A program made the translations under genes and the position numbers. Shown one piece after another: positions 21,493-31,792 of a DNA stretch of 64,000 bases (within the stretch, counting starts at the first letter, position 1; the number at the start of each line of letters is the position of its first letter). A model generated the notes under the pieces. That model saw only the letters and a program-made list of their open reading frames with translations. It ran no database searches and had not been told where the DNA came from. Source of the stretch: an uncultured delta proteobacterium (GTDB lineage Bacteria; Desulfobacterota; Desulfomonilia; UBA1062); contig CAWCTR010000008.1 of NCBI GenBank assembly GCA_963798485.1, forward strand, positions 32,001 to 96,000, in the 5' to 3' direction.

Positions 21493-23925
21493 TTAATTCG
21501 GCTTCTTTTTATAGGTATTGCGGGGCCCGCCGCTGTTACCCTTGCTGCCGGAACCCTCCGGCAGGCGGTGCGCCTGGAAGGTCTCTGCACGTTGTTGCCC
21601 TATGTTGCGCGCTGTTCGCTCCTGTTCCAGGCGCGGCGTCACCCGGCCCTGTTCCTGCCCCTGAGCCGCTCTGGGGGCGCTAACGTGCTGCCAGGCTCCG
21701 GTCTGGCCTTGATGGAGGTAGACATTTCCTTCGTGTGTTGCATAGGCGTTGTTTCCCTCGGTTTCGCTCGGTTTTTCCCTGGAGGGTATGATTACCCGGG
21801 CAGGTGGGAGTTTCCCCTCGGTCAGGGCACCTTCAATCTTTTTTCCACCCTTCCCGATTACCTGCCTGGATTGTGGCGTTGCCATGCCGGCAGGCGACGG
21901 CCTGTTGTAAGCGGTTTTATTTCCTGATGGGAGTATCCCTCGAGATGGTGCGGCAAGATTGACGTTCGTACCTGAAGGATTTTTCATGCTGTACACGTTT
22001 CTTTCAGCATTACGGTGTCCTGTGATAAGCGTTCCGGTTGTGGAGTTATAGGCCATGCCGTATCTCGTGGATGAGCCACTGCCGGTGATGGGTCGATATT
22101 CGGCGGCAGGCCTTGACACCTTAGCATCTTTCCCCCACAGGCGGTATATATTGCTCGTTGTGCGTGCCCATCCGTCGGGGCCCCATGCCCTGATACGGGA
22201 TTGAGGGTGATGGCGCCAACCCCAATAGGGTCCCCACCAAGGCGCAGGCGGGTAATACCAGTATGGTCCCGAACCCCAAAACCACCCGAAGCCGAAGCTG
22301 AAACTCCAGCCCCCCCACGGGGTCCAGCTTATATCGGCCCCGTTGCAATATGTAACAGGGGGGCCATACCAGTACCTGCCGATCCAGGGCTGGTAATGAT
22401 AGCCCGTACCGTAGACCACAACATAATCAGGGCTTACCATACATCCATAATAACCAGGGGTGTAGCCGCTGTACACATAGTCAGGATCGGCATTGTAAAT
22501 CCGCACATACGTGACGAAGTGAAGGGGGGAGCCAGGTGGGATGGAATATATCACTCCCGGCACATGATCCGCCACCACCCAAGGACCGTCCAGTGAGTTT
22601 GCAAAAAACCAGACACCGTTTTCGCACGCATACCACGACCGTTCATTTTGCTTGATGATGGGGGTAGGGCTGTTGACTACATAGAAAAGCGGGGTTCCCT
22701 CGATTGGGGAAATTTGGGCCACGCCGTCTATCTGGGGTATGAAGGCGGCCTCTTTTCGGTCTATCTTTGCGGTCTGGGGAATGGAATTGGCAATAAGGGC
22801 CTCTTCTGCCTGGTCCGTTCCGGGTACTGACGCCTTCACATTCTCTTGCGGGCTCTCATCAGGAATACCGGCGAAGTCAGCAGGCAGGTGTTTACCGGGA
22901 ACATATTCCCATGGACCATTGAATGATACCGCCTTGAACCAGCGCCCACAGAGGAGGACATAGGTCTTCTGATCACCAAGATACTTGAACACATGTGCGC
23001 TCGTATTCTTCACATAGAGGAGTTTTGTCCCTTGTATGGGCACATAATTCGGTACACCGTCGGTCACGATGAGCTCTGCGGGTGTTGTAGAGACAAATAC
23101 AAGGGGCCCGACCTCTTCAAGGGTCGGATACTTGTTGGTTTGAGGATCGGCTTGACCTTCGAGCAGGTCTATCTGTTCCAGGCTGCGGGCCTCATTCATG
23201 GCTACAGAGATGTCCCTGGGTAGTTTTCTCGCAATAGTCCAGGGTCCATTCAGGCTCTGCGCCTCCATGAAGCCATTGAAAAGGTGGAAATAGTATTTCG
23301 CAGCCTTATCCTTGAGGAGGAGCACACGGGTATTTATGAGGCGCATGAGGGAACTGCCCTTGACAGGCATATAGCGGGGCTCGCCGTCGATGAACACCAG
23401 AACAGATGGCCGCTGTGAGAAGATGATGCGAGGGGGGGTGTTGTTAAGGGGTAGGGTTTTAACCTTTTTTTGTTCCTTGGTGACAGCCAGGCTCGCTTCC
23501 AGCCGGTCGAGGGACATGTTCTTCATCTGTGGCGGCCATGCCTGGCGCAATTCCGCGAGGATGGATGACTCTCTTGCCGGGTCGGATGGAAACTGTACGC
23601 TGGTAATGGCAAGGTCATTGAAATAAACCATGCGGTCGTTCTTGTCCACGATGGTATGTGCGGTGAGATAGGCCACTCCATAAAGGGATTGCTGCTTGCC
23701 GGGATTTCTCACGGCAAAGGCTGCATATGCCTTGAGCGTGAATCCGTCCCACGAGTCGAGTTGCGGCTGGAAAACCGTGTTCATGGTTCCGTCTGAGGCC
23801 TGGAATACCCTCGGCCAGCCATGATCCATGGGTTTTTCATCCTGTGCGGAAGACCTGGTTGATGGCAGGACGAGAGTAAGGATCATAACAGCCATGACGA
23901 ATGCTCGTCTTATATATATATCCAT
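21493..23925 (-). CDS. Large exported protein of unknown function with Gly/Trp/Tyr/Pro-rich region and basic low-complexity tail
   Basis: AGGAGG RBS before ATG 23925; signal peptide; three repeated W/F...S..GPW segments. Confidence 0.75.
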   Translation of the reverse strand: MDIYIRRAFVMAVMILTLVLPSTRSSAQDEKPMDHGWPRVFQASDGTMNTVFQPQLDSWDGFTLKAYAAFAVRNPGKQQSLYGVAYLTAHTIVDKNDRMVYFNDLAITSVQFPSDPARESSILAELRQAWPPQMKNMSLDRLEASLAVTKEQKKVKTLPLNNTPPRIIFSQRPSVLVFIDGEPRYMPVKGSSLMRLINTRVLLLKDKAAKYYFHLFNGFMEAQSLNGPWTIARKLPRDISVAMNEARSLEQIDLLEGQADPQTNKYPTLEEVGPLVFVSTTPAELIVTDGVPNYVPIQGTKLLYVKNTSAHVFKYLGDQKTYVLLCGRWFKAVSFNGPWEYVPGKHLPADFAGIPDESPQENVKASVPGTDQAEEALIANSIPQTAKIDRKEAAFIPQIDGVAQISPIEGTPLFYVVNSPTPIIKQNERSWYACENGVWFFANSLDGPWVVADHVPGVIYSIPPGSPLHFVTYVRIYNADPDYVYSGYTPGYYGCMVSPDYVVVYGTGYHYQPWIGRYWYGPPVTYCNGADISWTPWGGWSFSFGFGWFWGSGPYWYYPPAPWWGPYWGWRHHPQSRIRAWGPDGWARTTSNIYRLWGKDAKVSRPAAEYRPITGSGSSTRYGMAYNSTTGTLITGHRNAERNVYSMKNPSGTNVNLAAPSRGILPSGNKTAYNRPSPAGMATPQSRQVIGKGGKKIEGALTEGKLPPARVIIPSREKPSETEGNNAYATHEGNVYLHQGQTGAWQHVSAPRAAQGQEQGRVTPRLEQERTARNIGQQRAETFQAHRLPEGSGSKGNSGGPRNTYKKKPN

Positions 23926-23996
23926 ACAGGAGACCTCCTTAGTTTCAGGACATTTATAATGGCTCATCGATGTGTCTTGGCCGGCACATGCCGGTG

Positions 23997-24668
23997 TTAC
24001 TCCAGCCAGCCTTTGTCCTGCCAATACCGATATTCCCAGTCCCAGCGGTCTTTGCGCTTGATCATGATGTCCCGGAAATACCCGCGCATCCCTGCAATTG
24101 TCTGGAGCTGATCGGGGAATCGGCGTTTCTCTGCGATGGCCCTGACCAGATCCCGGCCCAGTTCGCCTGAGCGTTGCATGATATCCGATCCGGCCGCCAT
24201 GGGACCATCATCCAGGATACAGGCTATCTTTCCCACATCCTGCACCCCCAAACGGTTCAGGAGCGAGTGCAAGTAATCCGAGGTTTCAACCTGCCCGGAC
24301 CCCCCCGCCGTGGCCGCCACGGCGCCGTACTTGCCGAGCAGCCGCTGGCAGTGAATGGCATTCCCGAGCCGGTCGATGAAGGCCTTTAACTGGGCCGTGA
24401 CTTGGTAGATGTACACCGGGCTGCCGAGCACGATACCGTCGCTGGCGCACATCTTCTCGAACAGACCATTGAAATCGTCCTTCTGCACGCATACGCCCAG
24501 GTGATGGCACCGATCGCACCCGATGCAGCCGCCGATGGTCAGGGTGGTGATATCGATGTATTCCGTTTGCGCCCCGGCCGCCCCCGCCCCCGCAAGGATC
24601 TCTCCTACGATCTGTCCGGTACGGCTGAGACCCTTCCTGGGACTGCCGTTTACGGCTATGATTTTCAT
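23997..24668 (-). CDS. Flavodoxin family / iron-sulfur flavoprotein (Isf-like)
   Basis: NGSPRK, CIGCDRC...C, GSPVY, LKAFIDR. Confidence 0.88.
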   Translation of the reverse strand: MKIIAVNGSPRKGLSRTGQIVGEILAGAGAAGAQTEYIDITTLTIGGCIGCDRCHHLGVCVQKDDFNGLFEKMCASDGIVLGSPVYIYQVTAQLKAFIDRLGNAIHCQRLLGKYGAVAATAGGSGQVETSDYLHSLLNRLGVQDVGKIACILDDGPMAAGSDIMQRSGELGRDLVRAIAEKRRFPDQLQTIAGMRGYFRDIMIKRKDRWDWEYRYWQDKGWLE

Positions 24669-24725
24669 GCGTCTGCACCTCCGTTTCTTATGACTATGTA
24701 GCACTGAATCCCAATTACATCAAAC

Positions 24726-24812
24726 AGGAGGTTGTCTTCCACCTCTATGAGTCCGTTTTCATAGCGTTCTCTGGCGAGCCGGCTTTCCCGCTCACCTGGC
24801 ACCATGCATGTC
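24726..24812 (-). pseudogene. Possible orphan C-terminal fragment of an Ldh_2 (malate/L-lactate dehydrogenase family) gene
   Basis: MVPGERESRLARERYENGLIEVEDNLL resembles the PGE.E...R..R...G tail of the family; judged by eye. Confidence 0.35.
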
Positions 24813-24987
24813 TTAAAAAGCCAAAAACAAGACCTAACATCCTCGCTTTCCAGGACATTATAAAAGAGTCGAGAGACACAAATTTGCATCTCGTATTGTT
24901 TACTCCAAAATTTTGTTTACTGTTTATATTAACAAGTGATAGCAGTCTTCCTGGATTGGTCATATGACTGCTGATGTGGGAGGGGGC

Positions 24988-25893
24988 ATGGTACCGGTAG
25001 TCATCTTTGAGCTTTTCCTCTGGTTTGTGTTCATCCTTGCAATCGTAGACGGATTCCACAGATTCGGATTCAAGAATGGCCTTATCTTCTTTATTCCCCT
25101 GATCATCTATGGCTGGATCCTGGAAGAATCGGCCATTGCCATTTTTCACCGCTATGCATATACGCAGGGATTTCTGATCAAATTCCTGGATGCACCGTTC
25201 TGTATTGCTGCAGGCTGGGCTGCAATCCTGTATTCCGGGATCGTCATCGCAGAAGGCTTGAGGTTGAGCAGATTCAAAGCAGCTCTCTTCGTAGCCCTTT
25301 GGGGGCTGAGCATCGACTTTTCCATGGATGCACTAGCCGTGCGTTTCGGTTACTGGACCTGGTTTCCCCCTGCTGATGTAAGACTTCCGTATTTTAATGT
25401 ACCTGTGTCGAATTTCATCGGCTGGTTCATTATTCTGTCCTGCTTCACCTACTTCCACTTAATGGGCAGGAATAAACGGTACCGGAAAATTCTTATGGGT
25501 TTCGATGCCATTCTCCCGTCTTTACCCCTGTTGCTCATCGCTATCTATGTCATGCTCGAAACCGAATATGAACGTGCATTCACCAACCTGTCCTGGTGGC
25601 ACATGGTCGTTATCTTCCCCTTACCGCTGATGACCTTCTTCACGGTGTGGATAATGAAGTTATCACACTCAGGCAGGCAGTATGATCGAACGGCCTTGCT
25701 TATTACGGAAAGTTTTCACCTGTTTTTCGTCGTCTCAGCACTGTATGTTTGGCTTGTCACCGGAATATGGACCTATGCTGTTGCAGCTGCTGTTGCCCTG
25801 CTGCCCGTGGTTGCTTTCACCATTCAAAGCATGATCCATGGGCGGTCAAGTGAGGGACAATTCGAACTTCAGACTAGTGAAGATGCATTCTAA
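24988..25893 (+). CDS. CruF/DUF422-like membrane hydratase (carotenoid biosynthesis family)
   Basis: Multi-TM; LEE, P..I..GW, D..MD..AV..GYW.W, YFNVP.SNF.GWF. Confidence 0.7.
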   Translation: MVPVVIFELFLWFVFILAIVDGFHRFGFKNGLIFFIPLIIYGWILEESAIAIFHRYAYTQGFLIKFLDAPFCIAAGWAAILYSGIVIAEGLRLSRFKAALFVALWGLSIDFSMDALAVRFGYWTWFPPADVRLPYFNVPVSNFIGWFIILSCFTYFHLMGRNKRYRKILMGFDAILPSLPLLLIAIYVMLETEYERAFTNLSWWHMVVIFPLPLMTFFTVWIMKLSHSGRQYDRTALLITESFHLFFVVSALYVWLVTGIWTYAVAAAVALLPVVAFTIQSMIHGRSSEGQFELQTSEDAF

Positions 25894-25906
25894 AAGGAGA
25901 TCATGC

Positions 25907-26815
25907 ATGGAAGACCTCGGAAAACCTGACATTCCAGTCTGGATTGAAGACATGCTCCCTGCAGGGGTTCACCGCAAGGTCGTGGATGTCGGCGGGCAAC
26001 TCATGCATGTCATGGAGTGGGGTGAGGGAATGCCGGTGCTCATGCTCCATGGCAACCCCACCTGGGGCTTCCTATATCGTAAAATAGTACACCTCCTGAA
26101 AGATATGCCGGTGCATTGCATTGTCCCGGATATCATCGGTCTCGGCTTTTCCAGTAAGCCGCGATCATTTAAGGATCATAGCCTTATCAACCACGCCTCA
26201 TGGTTAGGTTCATTTGTAGAATCCGAGGGACTTGAAGGTATGATCCTCGTATGCCAGGACTGGGGAGGACCCATCGGGGTAAGGACCCTTGCAGACAGGC
26301 CCCATTTATTAAAAGGTTTGGTGGTCCTGAACACCGCACTCCGACCACCCCACCAAGGATTTCGACCCACATTGTTCCACCGATTCAGTAATCTTCCCTT
26401 CATAAGCGATTTTGTTTTCAGGCTCCTGGGTTTTCCGCAGAACGTCCTATATAAGACACAGGGAGATCAATCGTCAATTCAGGGCAAGGTTGCATGGGCC
26501 TACCGATATCCCCTTCGCCATATATCCGACCGAATTGCACCCCTGGCCCTTGCACGCATGGTGCCGTCATCTCTCACACACCCAAGCGTTAAGGGGCTTA
26601 AGGTATGTGAGGAATTCATCCGGACCTTCCATGGACCTGGCGCTATTGTATGGGGAGAGAAAGACCCTATCCTGGGCAGAGTGCTCCGCAAGACAATGGA
26701 AATCATGCCCGATGCATCAGTGCAGCGCACAAAGGCCGGCCACTTTATCCAGGAAGAGGAGCCTGATGCAATAGCCCAGGCAATAAGAGAGGTTTATGAA
26801 CACTGCAAAACATGA
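25907..26815 (+). CDS. Alpha/beta hydrolase, haloalkane dehalogenase/OleB-like
   Basis: HGNPTW, QDWGG (Asp nucleophile), WGEKD, GHFIQEE. Confidence 0.85.
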   Translation: MEDLGKPDIPVWIEDMLPAGVHRKVVDVGGQLMHVMEWGEGMPVLMLHGNPTWGFLYRKIVHLLKDMPVHCIVPDIIGLGFSSKPRSFKDHSLINHASWLGSFVESEGLEGMILVCQDWGGPIGVRTLADRPHLLKGLVVLNTALRPPHQGFRPTLFHRFSNLPFISDFVFRLLGFPQNVLYKTQGDQSSIQGKVAWAYRYPLRHISDRIAPLALARMVPSSLTHPSVKGLKVCEEFIRTFHGPGAIVWGEKDPILGRVLRKTMEIMPDASVQRTKAGHFIQEEEPDAIAQAIREVYEHCKT

Positions 26816-26904
26816 TGGAAGAAGCTATTGATTTCTCTTACGACGACTTTATTTAAAAGCTATACTCTATGGCATTGAGCTTTCCTGGAATAAAGGGTGT
26901 GTTC

Positions 26905-27041
26905 ATGAAAAGAATACTTATAGGTATCTTGATGATATTGATTCCGTGAAAGGTCGTGGAATAATGCAGCCTGTTGCCCTGAAGCCCGACGAGATCAAGG
27001 CGGTGATTGAATACATGACACACACTTTTAAAAAACAATGA
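26905..27041 (+). pseudogene. Internally deleted monoheme cytochrome c
   Basis: Signal-like MKRILIGILMILIP* followed out of frame by KGRGIMQPVALKPDEIKAVIEYMTHTFKKQ*, closely matching the C-terminus of the cytochrome at 31793-32134; no CxxCH. Confidence 0.8.
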
Positions 27042-27087
27042 ATATCACCAAACATTGTGTTCAGGCAAAATCCGAAGGAGGAAAGAG

Positions 27088-28449
27088 ATGAAGAGAATGA
27101 TATTCAAGAACTTGATTATCGTTCCGGTTTTCTTCTGTGTGTTCCTGTTCTTATTATCACTCAATGCTTATGCAATACCGAGTTATGCACGCCAGACAGG
27201 TATGTCCTGCAGTGCCTGTCACACTTCTTTCCCTGAGCTGACGCCCTTCGGCAGGCTCTTCAAACTGGGCGGTTATACCCTGAGCACGAGCGATAAACCC
27301 TATGAATTTCCTCCTCCCTTGTCGGCCCAGGCCCAGTTTTCTTATACGAATACGGGGAAAGCCCAGCCTCCGGATACAGTGGAGAGAGATTGGGCAACGA
27401 GGATGTCTTCTCAACAGAATAACTTTCTTAATGTACCGCAGAGTTTGAGCCTGTTCTATGGCGGCAAGATCTATTCCGGCATAGGCGCCTTTATCCAGGG
27501 CACGTATGATGGCGTCGATGATAGAACCGCGCTTGACACGATGGACATCCGTTTTGCCCAGAGCGTGGCCTACGGTGAAAGGAACCTCATATATGGCATT
27601 ACCATCAACAACAATCCCACAGCCCAGGATGTCTGGAACAGCACTCCCGCCTTCGGCTACCCTTACTCCGGATCGAGCGTTGCCCCGACTCCGACCGCAG
27701 CTGCGATCATCGATGGTACTCTCGGGGGGCAAGTGAGCGGCATCGGAGCTTATCTCTTCTGGGACAATATGATCTATGGTGAGGTTTCCGTATACCACTC
27801 AAACGAGAGCGGCCCCGGTCAGATCTTCAAAGGGAATAACGTGATCGATACGGTACTGGACGGCGTTGCTCCTTACTGGCGGATAGCTATTGAACATCAA
27901 TGGGATAAGCATTGCGCATCCATAGGCACGTACGGGATGGTGTCAAAGATATTTCCTGGCGGCGTAGACAGCGGACCAAGCGATAGTTTCAGGGATTTTG
28001 CCGTGGATGCACAATATCAGTATATCGGCGTCGAGCATGTCTTTTCAGCCCAGACATCATGGATTCATGAGAATCAGGACTGGGGTGCGAGTTTTGATCA
28101 GGGGGACACTGCCAATAAGACCGACCACCTTAATACATACAAGCTGAATTTGAAATATTATCACCGGGGAAGTATGGGCGACATGGGGGGTACGCTGGCC
28201 TATTTCTCAACGTGCGGTGATAAGGATACAGGGCTGTATAACCCCGACGACACCCCAGGCATCAACGGCAAACCCGATAGCAGCGGTTTCATCTACGAAC
28301 TGAATTATGTTCCCTCGAAATGGAGTAAGATAACCCTTCAATATATTTCATATAACAAATTCGACGGCGCCCGTTCAAACTATGACGGATCGGGAAGGGA
28401 TGCCTCAGACAACAACACGTTTTATTTTCTTCTCTGGCTGATTATCTGA
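27088..28449 (+). CDS. cyc2: Cyc2-like fused monoheme cytochrome c / outer-membrane beta-barrel protein
   Basis: Signal peptide, then IPSYARQTGMSCSACHTSFPELTPFGRLFKLGGYT (Cyc2 N-terminal signature); remainder is amphipathic, aromatic-rich beta strands. Confidence 0.8.
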   Translation: MKRMIFKNLIIVPVFFCVFLFLLSLNAYAIPSYARQTGMSCSACHTSFPELTPFGRLFKLGGYTLSTSDKPYEFPPPLSAQAQFSYTNTGKAQPPDTVERDWATRMSSQQNNFLNVPQSLSLFYGGKIYSGIGAFIQGTYDGVDDRTALDTMDIRFAQSVAYGERNLIYGITINNNPTAQDVWNSTPAFGYPYSGSSVAPTPTAAAIIDGTLGGQVSGIGAYLFWDNMIYGEVSVYHSNESGPGQIFKGNNVIDTVLDGVAPYWRIAIEHQWDKHCASIGTYGMVSKIFPGGVDSGPSDSFRDFAVDAQYQYIGVEHVFSAQTSWIHENQDWGASFDQGDTANKTDHLNTYKLNLKYYHRGSMGDMGGTLAYFSTCGDKDTGLYNPDDTPGINGKPDSSGFIYELNYVPSKWSKITLQYISYNKFDGARSNYDGSGRDASDNNTFYFLLWLII

Positions 28450-28771
28450 TTGTTTAGGTGACGAGACGGTTATTCGACTGTTGACTGTACAGACATGATC
28501 CCATAGTTTTGAAGGCCGCGATGGGGTGCTCTTATCTTCATCCTACCCTTTGTGCTGTTCTGGGTCATCAGTCATATTTTCCCCATTTTTGAACAAGAAA
28601 AGGCTCACTAAATCTGCAAGAGCCTTCTCTCACGGGAGACCCGCTGTCAGCAGAGGACGCTCAAAAAATTGAATGTAATGTTGTATTCTCTTCGAAATTA
28701 TTCTACAATGTGCACCATATTTGCATTTTTCCTTGAATAACGCCGATCCAACACTGCCCCGGGGAGATGAT

Positions 28772-29287
28772 ATGGAAGAAGGAAACAATGCATCCTGGCG
28801 TTGCTGTCTCATTGCATTCCTGACAGTGGTCTTTTTCTCTGCAAATATGTATGCGGAAGAACAGGATATACCGAAAAAGTTCTTCGTCACGCCGCCCCCG
28901 TTCAGTGCAGGCATCTATCCTTGCTCAATGTGCCACAAAGGCTTGCCCGCCAACACACAACCAAGAAAACTTCAGTTCCATGGTAACATCGTTCTGAAGC
29001 ATATGCCCGGCGGCTGGTGCTTCGAATGCCATAATCCGGACAACAGGGACAAATTACGGCTCGCGAACGGCAAATTGATCAGCTTTGAGGAATCATACAA
29101 TCTCTGCGGCCAGTGCCACGGAACGATACTGCGAGAATGGAAGGCCGGCCTGCACGGGAAGAGGACCGGCATGTGGAAAGGCGATAAGCAGTACTATCTT
29201 TGCGTAAGCTGCCATTCGCCGCATGAACCGCGGTTTAAGCCGATCAAACCGTCTCCACCGCCGGTGAGTCCGATGGAGATCAAGTAA
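28772..29287 (+). CDS. Tetraheme cytochrome c
   Basis: Signal/anchor; CSMCH, CFECH, CGQCH, CVSCH. Confidence 0.88.
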   Translation: MEEGNNASWRCCLIAFLTVVFFSANMYAEEQDIPKKFFVTPPPFSAGIYPCSMCHKGLPANTQPRKLQFHGNIVLKHMPGGWCFECHNPDNRDKLRLANGKLISFEESYNLCGQCHGTILREWKAGLHGKRTGMWKGDKQYYLCVSCHSPHEPRFKPIKPSPPPVSPMEIK

Positions 29288-29311
29288 TACATAACGAGGA
29301 CGAGAAGACCG

Positions 29312-30238
29312 ATGCAAAAAACCGTGAAGAAAATGGATGTAATTCATCTTGACCGCAGGACCTTTCTCAAGGGCGTGGCCCTCGGCCTGGCGGGGACAGC
29401 GCTCCCGCTGAACAAGGCCGATGCCTCGTTCTGGGAATCGTTTTTTCAGAAGCACTTTAAGGAAATGAATGATGCCGAGATCAAGCAGGTGCTCGGCCGT
29501 CTGGAGCGGGAATACGAAGAAAAATATAAAAAAGTGATCAAGGTTGGCAATCAGAAAGCGATGCCGGGAGTTATCTTCGGTTACGGGCTCGATCTTTCCC
29601 GATGCATCGGCTGCAGGAGATGCGTTTATGCCTGCGTTGAGGAGAACAATCAATCCAGGGACCCGCAGATCCACTGGATATCGGTCCTCAGATTCAAAAA
29701 AGGGGAAAAGTGGGTCGATCTTGTGGAATCGGAGAAGTATTACAACCCGGAAAAGGTGCCTGAAGAGGGATATTTTTATATGCCGGTCCAATGCCAGCAG
29801 TGCAAGAACCCGCCCTGTGTAAGGGTCTGTCCTACGCAGGCCACCTGGAAAGAGCCGGACGGGATCGTGGTCATCGATTATAACTGGTGCATTGGCTGTC
29901 GCTACTGCATGGCCGCCTGTCCCTATGGGGCGCGCCACTTTAATTGGACCGATCCGGGCCGCAAGTCAGGCGAGATCAATCCGCAGACGCATTATCTCGG
30001 GAACCGCCCGCGCTATAAAGGAGTGGTTGAGAAGTGCACCTTTTGTATCCAGCGGACGAGGAACGGACGCTACCCGGCGTGCGTTGAGGCCTGCCCCGTA
30101 GGCGCGCGCAAATTCGGGAACCTCCTTGATCCGAACAGCGAGATCAGGTACGCCATTGAGCACAAGCGGGTGTTCCGGTTGAAAGAGGACTTGAATACGT
30201 ATCCCACGTTCTATTATTTCTTTGCGTACGGCGTGTAG
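29312..30238 (+). CDS. Tat-exported 4x[4Fe-4S] protein (NrfC/DsrO/HmcB-like)
   Basis: RRTFLK; CIGCRRCVYAC, CQQC..PPC..VCP, CIGCRYCMAACP, CTFC...CVEACP. Confidence 0.9.
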   Translation: MQKTVKKMDVIHLDRRTFLKGVALGLAGTALPLNKADASFWESFFQKHFKEMNDAEIKQVLGRLEREYEEKYKKVIKVGNQKAMPGVIFGYGLDLSRCIGCRRCVYACVEENNQSRDPQIHWISVLRFKKGEKWVDLVESEKYYNPEKVPEEGYFYMPVQCQQCKNPPCVRVCPTQATWKEPDGIVVIDYNWCIGCRYCMAACPYGARHFNWTDPGRKSGEINPQTHYLGNRPRYKGVVEKCTFCIQRTRNGRYPACVEACPVGARKFGNLLDPNSEIRYAIEHKRVFRLKEDLNTYPTFYYFFAYGV

Positions 30239-30249
30239 GAGACCCACGT

Positions 30250-31482
30250 ATGGCAAGTTTGATCAAAAATTCTTTTATCGCCTTCCGTCAGATATTCATC
30301 GGCAACCGGGCTTACTACCTCTGGGTCGGCTTCCTGACGTTTTTTATTCTCCTCGGACTGGGCGCGTATATTGATCAGTACCACCGGGGACTCATAGTAA
30401 CCGCCATGAGGGATCAGGTTTCGTGGGGGCTGTACCTCTCGAATTTCACCTTTCTTGTCGGTGTGGCTGCCGCCGCAGTGTTGCTCGTGGTTCCGGCTTA
30501 CGTGTATAACTTCAAGCCGATCAAGGAAATCGTGCTGTTCGGCGAGCTGCTCGCCATCACGGCCATAACCATGTGTATCCTCTTCATAATGATCGACATG
30601 GGGCAGCCTCTGCGGGTATGGCATATTTTGCCGTTCATCGGCGCCATGAATTTCCCTTCGTCACTGCTCACCTGGGACGTGATCGTCTTAAGCGGATATC
30701 TCGCCATCAATGTAATCATTGCATTTTACGTTCTCTCCCGGCTTTCGATCGGGAAGGAGTACAGTATGGCCGTGATTTGGCCGCTGATCATTCTGTCCAT
30801 TCCATGGGCGGTGAGCATCCACACGGTGACGGCGTTCCTCTATAACGGACTCTCGGCCAGGCCCTTCTGGAACGCCTCGATCCTGGCCCCGAGGTTTCTT
30901 GCTTCGGCGTTCTGTTCCGGACCCGCCATCATGCTGGTCCTGTTCCAGATCATCAGAAAACGTTCTGAGGTAGAGATCGATAACAAGGCGATCTTCAAAA
31001 TCGCCGAATTGATCGCCTATGCCATGGCGATCAATTTGTTCCTTCTGGGCGCAGAGGCATTCAAGGAATTTTATTCGGGCGCCGTTGACAGCTATTCCAT
31101 AGAGTATCTGTACTTCGGCCTAAAGGGGAAAGCGAGCCTGGTGCCCTGGATGTGGGCCGCATCCCTGTTCAATATCACGGCGTTCTTTCTCTTTCTCTTT
31201 CCGAGGACACGTGAGAATTTCACGACGCTAAACATCGGATGTGTGCTGATCATTATGGGCGTGTATATAGAGAAGGGGATTGGGCTTATTGTACCCGGCT
31301 TTGTTCCGGATACACTCGGGGAGATTTATGAATACTCTCCGAGCTCAACGGAGATTGTCATTACCATGGGCGTATGGGCTTTCGGTGCGCTTATCTACAC
31401 GATCCTGCTGAAAATTGCAGTGCCGATCTATACGGGAAAACTTCGGTTCGAGATAAAAGAACGGAACGTTATCACGCGGTAA
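30250..31482 (+). CDS. NrfD/PsrC/DsrP-family quinone-interacting membrane subunit
   Basis: About 10 TMs; WGLYLSNFTFLVGVAA, DMGQP.R, SIHTVTAF, APRFLASAF. Confidence 0.9.
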   Translation: MASLIKNSFIAFRQIFIGNRAYYLWVGFLTFFILLGLGAYIDQYHRGLIVTAMRDQVSWGLYLSNFTFLVGVAAAAVLLVVPAYVYNFKPIKEIVLFGELLAITAITMCILFIMIDMGQPLRVWHILPFIGAMNFPSSLLTWDVIVLSGYLAINVIIAFYVLSRLSIGKEYSMAVIWPLIILSIPWAVSIHTVTAFLYNGLSARPFWNASILAPRFLASAFCSGPAIMLVLFQIIRKRSEVEIDNKAIFKIAELIAYAMAINLFLLGAEAFKEFYSGAVDSYSIEYLYFGLKGKASLVPWMWAASLFNITAFFLFLFPRTRENFTTLNIGCVLIIMGVYIEKGIGLIVPGFVPDTLGEIYEYSPSSTEIVITMGVWAFGALIYTILLKIAVPIYTGKLRFEIKERNVITR

Positions 31483-31584
31483 TGCAGCATTCAGTGAGTT
31501 GCGTCCGGGCTCTCGGCTAGGAAGCAGGTGTTTACGAGCGGTCGACGTGATCACCTCATGGGCGCCATCTACGCTCCGGTGGGT

Positions 31585-31664
31585 CTGTACATCTACTGAT
31601 AACAGACTTAGCACACAGAAAAAACAGGAACAATAAATAGCTTGTTTAATAACATACTATTCAT
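31585..31664 (-). pseudogene. 5' remnant (RBS plus signal peptide) of a second cyc2-like gene
   Basis: ggaggaagagaaagATG... MNSMLLNKLFIVPVF/FCVLSLLSVDV aligns with the intact gene's ggaggaaagagATG MKRMIFKNLIIVPVFFCVFLFLLSLNA. Confidence 0.65.
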
Positions 31665-31792
31665 CTTTCTCTTCCTCCTGTAATAATTGTGCTGTGTGTC
31701 CATCACAGGTGAAGGTTACTCTATAAAGACCTCCATATATCGCCATGAGGGACGTATGTCCGATGGCTACTTTATTCGATAAATATCTCTCA

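Noticed and set aside
28520-28612. Hydrophobic tail IFILPFVLFWVISHIFPIFEQEKAH* before the tetraheme cytochrome
   Set aside because: Possibly the end of a deleted membrane-protein gene, but too short to support
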